64,000 bases of DNA from positions 128,001-192,000 of the forward strand of contig JAWLBL010000006.1 in NCBI GenBank assembly GCA_041687695.1. The letters run 5' to 3'. Within the stretch, counting starts at the first letter, position 1. Every line of letters starts with the position of its first letter. Source of the stretch: Myxococcota bacterium (GTDB lineage: Bacteria; Myxococcota_A; UBA9042; PHBI01; JAWLBL01). The translations under genes were made by a program, and so were the position numbers. Below, in pieces: positions 45,490 to 57,271 of the stretch. Below the pieces are notes generated by a model. The model did no database searches. It saw only the letters and a program-made list of their open reading frames with translations, and was not told the DNA's origin.

Positions 45490-46065
45490 ATGTATCGGCT
45501 GTTCGTCGCGATCGATCTGCCCGAAGACGTCAAGGAGGGGCTCGCCTGGATGACCGGCGGCATGCCTGGCGCCCGGTGGATCGCGGAAGAGGACTTCCAC
45601 CTGACCTTGCGCTTCATCGGCGAGGTGGACGGCGGCGTGTTCGACGACCTGTCGAACGCCTTCGAGTCCATCCGAGAGGAGGGCTTCGAGCTTCAGCTCA
45701 AGGGGCTGGGGCACTTCCCGCCGCGGCGCGAGCCCAAGGTCCTGTGGGCTGGCGTCGAGCCGTCGCCGCAGTTGCAGCGGCTGCGTGACGCGGTCGATCG
45801 CATCTGCACGCGCTACGGCGTCGAGCGGGACCCGCGCAAGTTCCACCCGCACGTGACGCTGGCCAGGCTGAGCGGGGCCTCGATCGGCCGCGTGACGCAG
45901 TTCCTGGCCGACAACGCCATGTACCGCAGCCGCACCTTCCCGGTGACCGAGTTCCACCTGTACTCGAGCACGCTGCACCCGGCCGGCGCCACGCACCACC
46001 GCGAGCACAGCTACCCGCTCATCACGCCGCCCGAGCTGATGTACGCCGAGAGCGAGCCCGGCTGA
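45490..46065 (+). CDS. thpR: RNA 2',3'-cyclic phosphodiesterase (2H phosphoesterase)
   Basis: RLFVAI and two HxT motifs (HLTLRFIG, HPHVTLAR). Confidence 0.9.
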   Translation: MYRLFVAIDLPEDVKEGLAWMTGGMPGARWIAEEDFHLTLRFIGEVDGGVFDDLSNAFESIREEGFELQLKGLGHFPPRREPKVLWAGVEPSPQLQRLRDAVDRICTRYGVERDPRKFHPHVTLARLSGASIGRVTQFLADNAMYRSRTFPVTEFHLYSSTLHPAGATHHREHSYPLITPPELMYAESEPG

Positions 46066-46093
46066 CGGTCAGCGGGTCGCGTCGGCACGCGCT

Positions 46094-46651
46094 TCAGCGG
46101 CCGCGCGGCGGCGGGGCGGTCCTGGGCGTCTCGCCCCGCGGCGGGCCGGGCCGCGCCGGGTTCGCCGCGCCCATCGGCCTCCAGGCCTGGTACTTGGCCG
46201 CCGACTCGGGGCCCGCGAAGACCTGCAGCCCGACCAGCGGCGCGTCCCCGTTCTGGACGCTGACCTGGGCGTTGGCCGGCATGTAGATGGTCGTGCCCGG
46301 GCCGACGTCGTGGGTCTGGCCGTCGATGGTCATGCGCGCGGTGCCCTCGAGCACGTGGATGAGCTCCTCGCTGGCGTCGCGGTGCTCGGGGACCGCCGCT
46401 CCCGCCTCGAGGCGCAGCAGCCCCAAGAAAGCGTTGCGGCCGCTGGGCAGCATCCGCACGGTGGCCTGGCCGTTCGGGGCCACCCGCAGCGCGGTCGCCT
46501 CGATCGGCAGCACGAGGGCGGTCGGCGGGGCGGGGGCCGTGGCGGCTGGTGGCGCCTCGGCCGGCTGGGCGAGGCTGGTCGCGCTGAGGGCCACGGCGAC
46601 GCCGAGGCCGAAGGTGAGGCAGGGGAGGGCGACGCGACCGAGCAGGTTCAT
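46094..46651 (-). CDS. Exported cupin-domain protein
   Basis: Signal peptide, VPEHRDASEELIHVLEG and GTTIYMPANAQ. Confidence 0.8.
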   Translation of the reverse strand: MNLLGRVALPCLTFGLGVAVALSATSLAQPAEAPPAATAPAPPTALVLPIEATALRVAPNGQATVRMLPSGRNAFLGLLRLEAGAAVPEHRDASEELIHVLEGTARMTIDGQTHDVGPGTTIYMPANAQVSVQNGDAPLVGLQVFAGPESAAKYQAWRPMGAANPARPGPPRGETPRTAPPPRGR

Positions 46652-46665
46652 CGAGGGGCTCCGGG

Positions 46666-47280
46666 TCAGGAGTCGGGGTCGTTCAGGCGGTCGGCCAGCG
46701 CGCGCAGGGCCTCGCCACCGCGGACGGCGATGGGCCAGCCGTCGCCGACCAGCACGTGCCGGATCTCGTCGAGGCCGGCCAGCCGACGGATCGAACGGAC
46801 GGCGGCGGCGCGATCTTTCAGCATCGCCTCAGGCAGCATCGTCAGCTCGCCCAGCCGCGGCGCGCGCACCAGATCGCCGGTGATGAGCGTGGCCGGCTCG
46901 AGCCGCAGCGCCAGCTCGCCCGGCGTCTTCGAGCCGTCGAGCGCCAGCGCGGTCAGCCCCGGCACGACCTCGTCGCCGTCGGCCAGCCACCGGTGGCAGG
47001 CGACGGGGAAGGCCTCGCGCTCGCTCGCCGGGCCGGCGATCCGGGCGCCCGTGCGAGCCGCGAGGGCCTTGGCGTCGCGCACGTGGTCCGACGTCGTCAC
47101 CACGATCCACGCCAGCCCACCCAGCACGTCCAGGTGCGTCGCGTCGTGCGCCGACATCGGCAGCGGGTCGACGGCGACGTTGCCGCCGGGGCGGACCCAC
47201 AGCAGGCTGTTGAAGTCGAGGTTGCGCGGCTCATCGAAGGTCGACCAGGCGAACAGGTCGGGGCGGTGCAGGCTCTTCAT
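46666..47280 (-). CDS. Metallo-beta-lactamase-fold protein (degenerate metal motif)
   Basis: VAVDP, TTSDHVR in place of HxHxDH, KTPGE, ITGD and LVGDG. Confidence 0.7.
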   Translation of the reverse strand: MKSLHRPDLFAWSTFDEPRNLDFNSLLWVRPGGNVAVDPLPMSAHDATHLDVLGGLAWIVVTTSDHVRDAKALAARTGARIAGPASEREAFPVACHRWLADGDEVVPGLTALALDGSKTPGELALRLEPATLITGDLVRAPRLGELTMLPEAMLKDRAAAVRSIRRLAGLDEIRHVLVGDGWPIAVRGGEALRALADRLNDPDS

Positions 47281-47313
47281 GGCGGCGAGCCTAACCGACC
47301 GGCGCGCGCGCCG

Positions 47314-48243
47314 TCACCCCTTCGCGTGCGTCGCTGCGGACTGCCTGGCGGCGACCTCGAGCGCCCAGCCGTGGCGCAGGCCGCGGTCGCTGACGACGAC
47401 CTCGGGCGCGCCCAGCCAGCGGACCACCTCGGCCAGGATGAGCGTGCCGGCCAGCACGATGTCGGCCCGTCCGGCCAGCAGCGGCGGCGCCAAAGCCAGC
47501 GTCTGCGCGTCGGTCAGGCCGGCGAGTCGGTCGACCCAGGCGTCGACGCGCGCCGCGGGCAGGACGCGGTCGTCGACGGCGCCGGGGGCGCGCTGGGTCA
47601 GGCCGGCCTCGAGCGCGGCGACGGTGGTGGGCGTGCCGGCGACCGCGATGAGCGGCCCGGGCGCGGCGGGCCGGGCGGGCAGGGCGCCGGCGATCGCGCG
47701 TCGGGCGGACTCGAGCGCGGCCGGGGAGGGCGGCCGCCGCGTCAGGTGGCGCTCGGTGAACCGGACGCAGCCGACGTCCACGCTGAGGGCGCCCGCCAGA
47801 CCCGCCGGCGTGCCCCAGGCCAGCTCGGTGCTGCCGCCGCCGATGTCCAGCATCGTCGCGGCCGGTCGCTGGGCGAAGCCGGTCATCACGCCGCGGAAGG
47901 TGAAGGTGGCCTCCTCGACGCCGGACAGGACGGTCACCGGCGCGCCCGCGACCTCGGAGAGCCGCGCGGCCACCTCGGCGCGGTTGGCCGCGTCGCGCAT
48001 GGCGCTGGTGGCCGCGACGGCGAGCGCCTCGACCCCGAAGCGGCGCGCCGTCCGGCGGTAGTCGGCCAGCGCCTCGGCGACGCGCGAGATCGCCTCGGGG
48101 CCGATGCGGCCCGCCGCGTCGACGCCCCGGCCCAGGCGCGGGCAGCGCTCCTCGTCGTGCAGGACGTGGAGGCGACCGTCGGCGGCCTCGGCGACGAGCA
48201 GCAGGGCGGTGTTGGTGCCGAGGTCGACGGTGGCGACGCGCAT
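47314..48243 (-). CDS. Ppx/GppA family phosphatase
   Basis: VDLGTNT, ATSAMRDAAN, LSGVEEA, LDIGGGSTE, GRADIV and SDRGLRHG motifs. Confidence 0.9.
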   Translation of the reverse strand: MRVATVDLGTNTALLLVAEAADGRLHVLHDEERCPRLGRGVDAAGRIGPEAISRVAEALADYRRTARRFGVEALAVAATSAMRDAANRAEVAARLSEVAGAPVTVLSGVEEATFTFRGVMTGFAQRPAATMLDIGGGSTELAWGTPAGLAGALSVDVGCVRFTERHLTRRPPSPAALESARRAIAGALPARPAAPGPLIAVAGTPTTVAALEAGLTQRAPGAVDDRVLPAARVDAWVDRLAGLTDAQTLALAPPLLAGRADIVLAGTLILAEVVRWLGAPEVVVSDRGLRHGWALEVAARQSAATHAKG

Positions 48244-48261
48244 GCGGTAGATCCCGGAGCC

Positions 48262-48753
48262 ATGAAGAGCGAGCGCGCGACCAGGATAGCCCTCATCGGC
48301 CCGCGGGTCGCCAGCGAAGCGGTGCTGGCGGCGGCCGAGGCGGTCGGCGCGGGGGTGGCGCGGCGGGGCGGGATCCTGATCTGCGGCGGGCGGGGCGGCG
48401 CGATGGAGGCGGCCTGTCGTGGGGCCAAGGCCGCGGGCGGGCTGACCATTGGCGTCCTGCCGGGGCCGGACGACGGCGACGCGAACCCGTGGGTCGACGT
48501 GCCGATCGTCACGGGCGTGGGAGAGGCGCGCAACGCCATCGTCGCGCGCACGGCGCAGGCGGTCATCGCCGTCGGCGGCGCCTACGGGACGCTCAGCGAG
48601 ATCGCGCTGGCCCTGTGCTTCGGCGTCCCGGTGGTCGGGTTGGGCACCTGGACGGTGGCCCCCGGGGACGCGCCGGACGCGCCGGACCCCATCGTGCGCG
48701 CGGGCGACCCCGACGAGGCCGTCGAGGCCGCCTTCCGGCTGGCCGGGCGCTGA
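48262..48753 (+). CDS. TIGR00725 / LOG-family Rossmann-fold protein
   Basis: CGGRGGAMEAA, TIGVLPG, GEARN and GGAYGTLSEIALA motifs. Confidence 0.85.
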   Translation: MKSERATRIALIGPRVASEAVLAAAEAVGAGVARRGGILICGGRGGAMEAACRGAKAAGGLTIGVLPGPDDGDANPWVDVPIVTGVGEARNAIVARTAQAVIAVGGAYGTLSEIALALCFGVPVVGLGTWTVAPGDAPDAPDPIVRAGDPDEAVEAAFRLAGR

Positions 48754-48756
48754 CGA

Positions 48757-50727
<1,971 letters not shown>

Positions 50728-50900
50728 CGCGGGTCTCCTCCACAGTCGGTGGCGCGGCAGGCAGGTTGAGGCTTGGGTGACCGAACGCTAGCCCCTCCCG
50801 GGCCTGCCTGGCAATCCGCGGCCCACGGCGGCGCGACACCCGGTTGCCAAGCACCGCCGGCCGTGGTCTCGTCCGGGCCTCCCCGCACCGCGAGCCCGCC

Positions 50901-52607
50901 ATGACCAAGAGCGTCTACGACCTGCTCCCGATGAAGGCCCCGCGCGCCGCCGGCGCCGCGCTGCACGCCCTGACGCGCCTCGCCGAGAACCCGGTGACCC
51001 GCGCCATGCTGTCCAAGACCCTGCTCGAGGGCGCCGGCGTCCTCGGCCTGCGCCAGGTCCCCGCCGACGAGCCGCTCGAGGCGATGCACCCCTTCCTGCA
51101 CGTGCGCGGCGAGGCCCCGACCGAGCCCTGGGCCCCGTCGGCCGACGCCCTGGCCGACGCCGCCCGCCCCGAGCGCTTCGCCGCCCCCGGCCACGCCTTC
51201 GAGACCGCCGCCGACTTCGCCGCCGCCTACCGCGACGGCCGCCTGACGCCCATCGACGTCGCCGAGCGCGTCCTCGCCGCCACGGCCGCCACCGAGGCTC
51301 ACGCCCCGCCGCTGCGCATCTTCATCGCCCAGGACGCCGAAGACCTGCGCGTCCAGGCCCGCGCCTCCGCCCAGCGCTGGGCCGAGGGCCGCCCGCTCGG
51401 CCCGCTCGACGGCGTCCCCGTCGCCGTCAAGGACGAGCTCGACCAGACGCCGTACCCGACCACCGTCGGCACCCGCTTCCTCGGCCACACCCCGGCCGCC
51501 GCCGACGCCGACGTGGTCCGCCGCCTGCGCGCCGCCGGCGCCCTGCTCGTCGGCAAGACCAACATGCACGAGATGGGCCTGGGCGTGACCGGCCTCAACC
51601 CGCACCACGGCGCCGCCCGCAACCCCTACGATCCGGCCCGCGCCACCGGCGGCTCCTCCAGTGGCCCCGCCGCGGCCGTCGCCGCCGGCCTGTGCCCCAT
51701 CGCCGTGGGCGCCGACGGCGGCGGCTCCATCCGCATCCCGGCCGCCCTGTGCGGCATCGTCGGCCTCAAGGCCACCTACGGCCGCATCAGCGAGCGCGGC
51801 GCCGCCCCGCTGTGCTGGAGCGTCGCCCACGTCGGCCCCATGGCGGCCACCGTCGCCGACACGGCGCTCGGCTACCTGCTGATGGCCGGCGCCGACCCCG
51901 GCGACCCCAACACCCTGCACCAGCCGGCCCCCGACCTCGATCGCTTCGACGACGGCGATCTGAAGGGCCTGCGCGTCGGCCTCTTCCAGCCCTGGTTCGA
52001 GGACGCCGACCCCGAGATCGTCGCCGCCTGCCGTCAGGCCGTCGCCGCCCTCGAGGCCGCCGGCGCGACCGTCCACGACGTGACCGTCCCCGAGCTGGGG
52101 CTGCTCCGCGCCGTCCACCTGGTCACCATCGTCAGCGAGATGGCCGCCGCGCACCTGCACCACTACGCCCACAAGCGCAGCGACTACGGCCTCGACACGC
52201 GCCTCAACCTGGTGCTGGCCCGCAGCCTCGGCGCCTACGACTACGTCCACGCCCAGCGCCACCGCGCGCGCCTGTACCAGCACTTCATGCGCGTGCTGGC
52301 CGACGTCGACGTCATCGCCACCCCGGCGACCGCCTGCACCGCGCCGCTGCTGCCCAAGGACGCGCTGTCGACCGGCGAGAGCAACCTCGCCATGACCGAC
52401 CGCATCATGCGCTTCGCCCCCGCGGGCAACCTGACCGGCCTGCCGGCCCTGTCCCAGCCGGTCGGCTACGACGCGGCCGGCCTGCCCATCGGCCTGCAGC
52501 TGATGGGCCGCCCGTGGGACGAGGCCCTGCTCCTACGCCTCGGCCGCGTCGTCGAGCAGACCGTCGCGCGCCGCGCCCCGCGGGTCCATCACCGCCTGCT
52601 GGGCTGA
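50901..52607 (+). CDS. Amidase-signature family protein (fatty acid amide hydrolase-like)
   Basis: DGVPVAVKD, GKTNMHE, GGSSSG and DGGGSIRIPA, giving an intact Lys-Ser-Ser triad. Confidence 0.9.
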   Translation: MTKSVYDLLPMKAPRAAGAALHALTRLAENPVTRAMLSKTLLEGAGVLGLRQVPADEPLEAMHPFLHVRGEAPTEPWAPSADALADAARPERFAAPGHAFETAADFAAAYRDGRLTPIDVAERVLAATAATEAHAPPLRIFIAQDAEDLRVQARASAQRWAEGRPLGPLDGVPVAVKDELDQTPYPTTVGTRFLGHTPAAADADVVRRLRAAGALLVGKTNMHEMGLGVTGLNPHHGAARNPYDPARATGGSSSGPAAAVAAGLCPIAVGADGGGSIRIPAALCGIVGLKATYGRISERGAAPLCWSVAHVGPMAATVADTALGYLLMAGADPGDPNTLHQPAPDLDRFDDGDLKGLRVGLFQPWFEDADPEIVAACRQAVAALEAAGATVHDVTVPELGLLRAVHLVTIVSEMAAAHLHHYAHKRSDYGLDTRLNLVLARSLGAYDYVHAQRHRARLYQHFMRVLADVDVIATPATACTAPLLPKDALSTGESNLAMTDRIMRFAPAGNLTGLPALSQPVGYDAAGLPIGLQLMGRPWDEALLLRLGRVVEQTVARRAPRVHHRLLG

Positions 52608-53557
52608 GGTCCCAACCCGAATAGCGCCCGCGCGTTGCCTCCCAGCACGCCCTCCAGCGCCTCGGGCGACAGGTCGCGCCCGGCCAGCCGCACCAGCTCG
52701 CGGTCCCAGGCGTAGGGCAGGTTGGGGAAGTCCGTCCCGTACAGGATCCGCTCGGGGCGCACGTCCAGCAGATCCCACGGCACCGCGCCCGGCAGGTACC
52801 CGGCGATGGCCATGGTCGTGTCGAGCCACAGGGTGTCGTGGCGCTCGAGCAGCCGCGCGTAGGCCCGGTACTCGTCTGCGCCCAGGTGCGGCACGCACAG
52901 CTTCAGCGTCGGGTGGTCGCGCAAGACCCGCTCGACCCGCTCGGCCGAACACAGCTGGTACGGGTCGCAGGCGTAGGCAGGGCTCTTAGGCTCGCGCCCG
53001 GCGTGCATCACCAGCGGCTTGCCCGCCTCGGCGCACGCCTGATAGATGGGCCGCAGCGGGTCGGCGTCGGGCGCGAAGCACTGCACGTGGCAGTGCAGCT
53101 TGACCCCGCCCAGCCCCGCCGCGAACGCCTCGCGCAAGATGCCCGCCGCGTCCTCGTCCTGTGGGTGTACCGTCGCCAGCCCGGTCACCCGCGGCTCGCC
53201 GCGCACCACCTCGGCCATCCAGGCGTTCATCGCCCGCGCCATCCCCGCCTGGTGCGCGTAGTGCAGCGCGACCAGGTGGTCGACGCCCCGCGACAGCAGG
53301 AACGCTATGACCGCCGGCGTCTGCAGCTTGTAGCGGATCGGCCAGCCGTGCTGCTCGAACCAGCGCCAGATGGCCTCGAACAGCCTGTCCGGGAACAGGT
53401 GCACGTGCGCGTCCACGACCGGCGGCAGGCCGGCCCGCACCGCCGCCCCCTCGGGGTCGTCCAGCGCCGGCAGCGGCGTCCGCAGCATCCCCTCGCCGCA
53501 GGTCGGCAGGCAGGGCTCCAGCGCGTCTTCGGCGCGGCTCGGGGGCTGGTCACGCAT
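52589..53557 (-). CDS. Amidohydrolase family protein (amidohydro_2-like)
   Basis: VDAHVH, GVKLH, MHAG, PHLG and LYGTDFP. Start uncertain (53557 or 53488). 3' end overlaps the amidase by 19 bp. Confidence 0.85.
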   Translation of the reverse strand: MRDQPPSRAEDALEPCLPTCGEGMLRTPLPALDDPEGAAVRAGLPPVVDAHVHLFPDRLFEAIWRWFEQHGWPIRYKLQTPAVIAFLLSRGVDHLVALHYAHQAGMARAMNAWMAEVVRGEPRVTGLATVHPQDEDAAGILREAFAAGLGGVKLHCHVQCFAPDADPLRPIYQACAEAGKPLVMHAGREPKSPAYACDPYQLCSAERVERVLRDHPTLKLCVPHLGADEYRAYARLLERHDTLWLDTTMAIAGYLPGAVPWDLLDVRPERILYGTDFPNLPYAWDRELVRLAGRDLSPEALEGVLGGNARALFGLGPQPSRR

Positions 53558-53604
53558 CGCCCCCCGTGTACCATCGGGGGACTTCCCGACCAAGGCGGAC
53601 CCGC

Positions 53605-54408
53605 ATGCCGCTCCCGCTGACCCCGCTCGACTGCCCCGCCTGCCACGGCGACCTCGAACGCGCCGACGGCGCCGCCGTGTGCCAGGTGTGCCAGCGCCGC
53701 TATCCAGACCGCGGCGCCTTCCTCGATCTCCGCACCGAGGCCGCGCCTCGCCCCACCGGCCTCGGCCCGCGGCTGATGTACTGGCGCCCCCTCGCCCGCG
53801 CCTACGAGCGGCTGTGGCGCCCCGCCTTCGTCGCCGTCAGCTCGGGCCGCCGCCCCGACTTCGACCGCGAGTACGACCTGGTCCGCGCCTGGCTCGCCCC
53901 CGCCGCGGGCGGCGTCCTGGCCGATCTGAGCTGCGGCCCCGGCGTGCTCGGCCGACGCCTGGCCGCCTCCGGCGACTTCGCCCGCGTCTACGGCGTGGAT
54001 CTGTCCGCCGCCATGCTGATCCAGGCCAGCCGCCTCAACGCCGCCGACGGCACCACCGACGCCTTCCCGCTGGTCCGCGCCGACGTCGCCCGCCTGCCGC
54101 TGCGCGACGCCTCGCTGGCCGGCGCCCACGCCGGCGCCGCCATGCACCTGTGGCCGGACGTCCCCGCCGCCCTCTCCGAGGTCGCCCGCGTCCTGCGTCC
54201 CGGCGGCGTCTTCGTCGCCAGCACCTTCACCTACCGCGCCGGCAGCCGCCTGGGCCGCGCCGCCGCCGCCCTGGGCCAGCGCGCCGTGGCCGCCCGCCTG
54301 TTCGACGAGGGCCGCCTCGCCCGCGCCCTGGTCGACGCGGGCCTGGTCGGCTACCGCGCCCGCCGCTGGGGGACCTACACCGTCTTCCGCGCCGTGCGCC
54401 CCGGCTGA
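53605..54408 (+). CDS. Class I SAM-dependent methyltransferase with N-terminal Zn ribbon
   Basis: CPAC...CQVC, DLSCGPG, GVDLSAAML, ADVARLP and RVLRPGG motifs. Confidence 0.88.
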   Translation: MPLPLTPLDCPACHGDLERADGAAVCQVCQRRYPDRGAFLDLRTEAAPRPTGLGPRLMYWRPLARAYERLWRPAFVAVSSGRRPDFDREYDLVRAWLAPAAGGVLADLSCGPGVLGRRLAASGDFARVYGVDLSAAMLIQASRLNAADGTTDAFPLVRADVARLPLRDASLAGAHAGAAMHLWPDVPAALSEVARVLRPGGVFVASTFTYRAGSRLGRAAAALGQRAVAARLFDEGRLARALVDAGLVGYRARRWGTYTVFRAVRPG

Positions 54409-54509
54409 CGGGGGAAGGCCCTCGCCGCCCTGGGGGTTGGAGCCGAGACCCGGGGAGGGCCACGATGACCGCGCAGCCCGCGACGAAGTCCGAGCACGAG
54501 GAGCCGACC

Positions 54510-55835
54510 ATGAGCGCCCCCGACTCCGGCGAGCCGAAGAAGAAGCGTCGCCGCCGTCGCCGCCGCCCGGCCGACGCGCCGGCCGCGGCCACCTCCTCGA
54601 CCGGTGGCGCCGCCGGTCCCGAGCAGCGCCGTAGCGCCCCCAGCCCCGAGCAGCGCGCCGCCGCCGCCCTGCGCGAGCTGTCGGCCGCCGCCCGCGAGCT
54701 GGCCCTGCGCGCCGGCTGGTCGCCCGAGCAGCTCTCGGCCCTGGACCGGCTGGTGGTCCCCCTCGAGCTGCCCGCCCCCGGCGCCTCCGGCAAGGCCCTC
54801 GCCGAGCACGCCCGCGGGGTCTCGCGGGATCTCGCCGGCCGCATCGACGAGGCCCTGACCGGCGCCGTCGCCTTCCAGCCGGCGCGCGTGTACTGCTTCT
54901 ACTGCGACGCCGCCGACTGCGAGCACGCGGCGCCCCCCTCGGGGCACTTCACCTTCAGCGGCTACGGCCCCACCGGCCGCCCCGAGTGGCGCGACTTCGT
55001 CAACGCCTGCATCGACCGCCGCGACCCGCGCGTCGACCGCCTGTACGGCGACAGCCCCGAGATCCTGGTCTTCCTCGAGACCGGCGACGCCCTGACCAGC
55101 GGCCTGCTGCCCGAGTTCGGCCGCGGCAGCCTGGCCTTCCGCCTGGTCGGGCAGGTGGTGGCCGGCCTCATCCCGATGCGCACGGACGACGGGGTGGACG
55201 GCCCCGACCGCGTCGCCCTGACCGTGCAGCTGGTGGAGACCCGCTCGGGCGAGCGCGCCCGGCGCCTGCGCGTGAACCTGCTGGGGCTGCCCCGCGCGAC
55301 CCTGGTCGAGGCGGCCGCCAACGGCGAGGCGCGCGGGCTGGGCGAGCGCGTCCGCGGCGTCCTGGGCGAGACCCAGCGCCGCGTCGACGTGCTGGCGCGC
55401 CGGGTCCTGGCCGCCGAGCGCCGCGGCCAGCCGCTGGACGTCGACGCCGAGGCCCGCCCCGTGCTCGAGCGCCTGCGCACCGAGCTGCAGCGCGCCCTGC
55501 GGCCGACCCGCCACCGCACCCGCCACGCCCAGGAGCGCCACCAGAGCGGCGAGCGCCCGACCGGCAGCGCCGTGAACGACGCCCTGCGCGCCAGCGACCA
55601 GGCCCTGCTCGAGGACGTGCGCCACGGCACGGTCGTGGTCCTCGGCCCCCGCGGTCGCGCCCACGTCTTCAGCCCCGAGGGCCGGCACGTCACGAGCCTG
55701 CAGCTGCAGCCCGGCGAGGTCGCCCGCAAGACCGGCCGCTCCCTGTGGCGCGCCCTGGCCCGCCCGGCCGCCGAGGCCTTCCGCGCCCAGCTCGAGCTGC
55801 TGGCCCAGGGCGAAAAACCGGCCTACTCCGTCTAG
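54510..55835 (+). CDS. Hypothetical protein with basic N-terminus and CxxC-x4-C-x-H motif
   Basis: GAGGAG RBS before ATG at 54510 (alternative start 54465). KKKRRRRRRR and YCFYCDAADCEH. Typical codon bias. Confidence 0.75.
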   Translation: MSAPDSGEPKKKRRRRRRRPADAPAAATSSTGGAAGPEQRRSAPSPEQRAAAALRELSAAARELALRAGWSPEQLSALDRLVVPLELPAPGASGKALAEHARGVSRDLAGRIDEALTGAVAFQPARVYCFYCDAADCEHAAPPSGHFTFSGYGPTGRPEWRDFVNACIDRRDPRVDRLYGDSPEILVFLETGDALTSGLLPEFGRGSLAFRLVGQVVAGLIPMRTDDGVDGPDRVALTVQLVETRSGERARRLRVNLLGLPRATLVEAAANGEARGLGERVRGVLGETQRRVDVLARRVLAAERRGQPLDVDAEARPVLERLRTELQRALRPTRHRTRHAQERHQSGERPTGSAVNDALRASDQALLEDVRHGTVVVLGPRGRAHVFSPEGRHVTSLQLQPGEVARKTGRSLWRALARPAAEAFRAQLELLAQGEKPAYSV

Positions 55836-55854
55836 TCCAGCTACCCTCGGGCCC

Positions 55855-57264
55855 ATGCCCACCGACTACGGCTGGCTCTCGGTCCTGCCGCCCCTCATGG
55901 CCATCGCCCTGGCGATGGTGACCCGCCAGGTCTACCTGTCGCTCTTCGCCGGGATCTGGGTCGGCACCACCGTCCTGGCCGCCGGCGACCCGCTGGCCGG
56001 CCTCGCCGCCGCCCTCGACGCCTGCATCACCGTCTTCGAGGACCCTGGCAACACCCGCGTCATCGCCTTCTCCGCCCTGGTCGGCGCCCTCCTCGCCTTC
56101 ACCCAGGCCTCGGGCGGCGTCGCCGGCTTCGTCGATCTCCTCGCCCGCCGCCGCCTCGGCCAGACCCCGCGCGGCGCCCAGCTCCTGTCCTGGCACCTCG
56201 GCGTCCTCGTCTTCGTCGAGTCCTCCATCACCTCGCTCGTCAACGGCTCCGTCTGCCGCCCCCTCTTCGACCGCCTGCGCCTGTCCCGCGAGAAGCTCGC
56301 CTGGCTCTGCGACGCCACCGCGGCCCCGGTCTGCATCCTCATCCCGCTCAACGGCTGGGGCGCCTACCTCATCGGCCAGCTCGAGGGGCAGGGCTACGAT
56401 CGGCCCGTCGAGGCCCTGCTCTCGGCCCTTCCCTACAACCTCTACGCCCTGCTCGTCCTCGCCCTGTCCCTGCTGCTCGTCCTGACCGGCCGCGACTTCG
56501 GCCCCATGGCCGCCGCCGAACGCCGCGCCCGCGCCGGCGCCCCGCCCGACGCCCCCGCCGACCAGACCACGGACGACACCCTCGCTCCGGCCGGCGTCCG
56601 CCCCCACGCCCCCTCCTTCGTCCTGCCGGTCCTGACCATGATCGCCATGATGCCCCTCGCCCTCTGGGTCACCGGCGACGGCGACCTCATGGCCGGCTCC
56701 GGCTCGACCTCGGTCTTCTGGGCCGTCCTCGCCGGCACCACCGTCGCCGCCGCCCTCGCCGTCGGCCGCCGCCTCATGACCGTCAACGCCTCGGTCGACC
56801 TCTTCTTCAAGGGCGCCGGCGCCCTGCTGCCCCTGGCCGTCCTGATGGTCCTCGCCTTCGCCCTCGGCGCCGTCGCCAAGGCCCTGGGCACCGGCCCCTT
56901 CGTCGCCGCCCTGGCCCGCGAGGCCGTCGACCCCGCCGCCGTCCCCGCGATGCTCTTCCTCGTCGCCGGCGTCGTCGCCTTCTCGACCGGCACCTCCTGG
57001 GGGACCTTCGCCATCATGATCCCCATCGCCGTCCCGATGGCCGCCGACCCCACCCTGGGCTCGTCCGCCCCGCTCCTGCTAGGCGCCGTCCTCGGCGGCG
57101 GCATCTTCGGCGACCACGCCTCGCCCATCTCGGACACGACCCTCATCGCCTCGATGGCCGCCGGCTGCGACCACATCGCCCACGTCAACACGCAGCTGCC
57201 CTACGCCCTGACCGCTGGCGGCCTCGCCATCGCCGGCTACCTGCTGCTCGGCCTGACCCTGTAG
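55855..57264 (+). CDS. NhaC-family (Na+/H+ antiporter-like) membrane protein
   Basis: WLSVLPPL, SREKLAW..DATAAP, FSTGTSWGTFAIM, GDHASPISDTT and HVNTQLPYA motifs. Confidence 0.9.
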   Translation: MPTDYGWLSVLPPLMAIALAMVTRQVYLSLFAGIWVGTTVLAAGDPLAGLAAALDACITVFEDPGNTRVIAFSALVGALLAFTQASGGVAGFVDLLARRRLGQTPRGAQLLSWHLGVLVFVESSITSLVNGSVCRPLFDRLRLSREKLAWLCDATAAPVCILIPLNGWGAYLIGQLEGQGYDRPVEALLSALPYNLYALLVLALSLLLVLTGRDFGPMAAAERRARAGAPPDAPADQTTDDTLAPAGVRPHAPSFVLPVLTMIAMMPLALWVTGDGDLMAGSGSTSVFWAVLAGTTVAAALAVGRRLMTVNASVDLFFKGAGALLPLAVLMVLAFALGAVAKALGTGPFVAALAREAVDPAAVPAMLFLVAGVVAFSTGTSWGTFAIMIPIAVPMAADPTLGSSAPLLLGAVLGGGIFGDHASPISDTTLIASMAAGCDHIAHVNTQLPYALTAGGLAIAGYLLLGLTL

Positions 57265-57271
57265 TCGTCGT

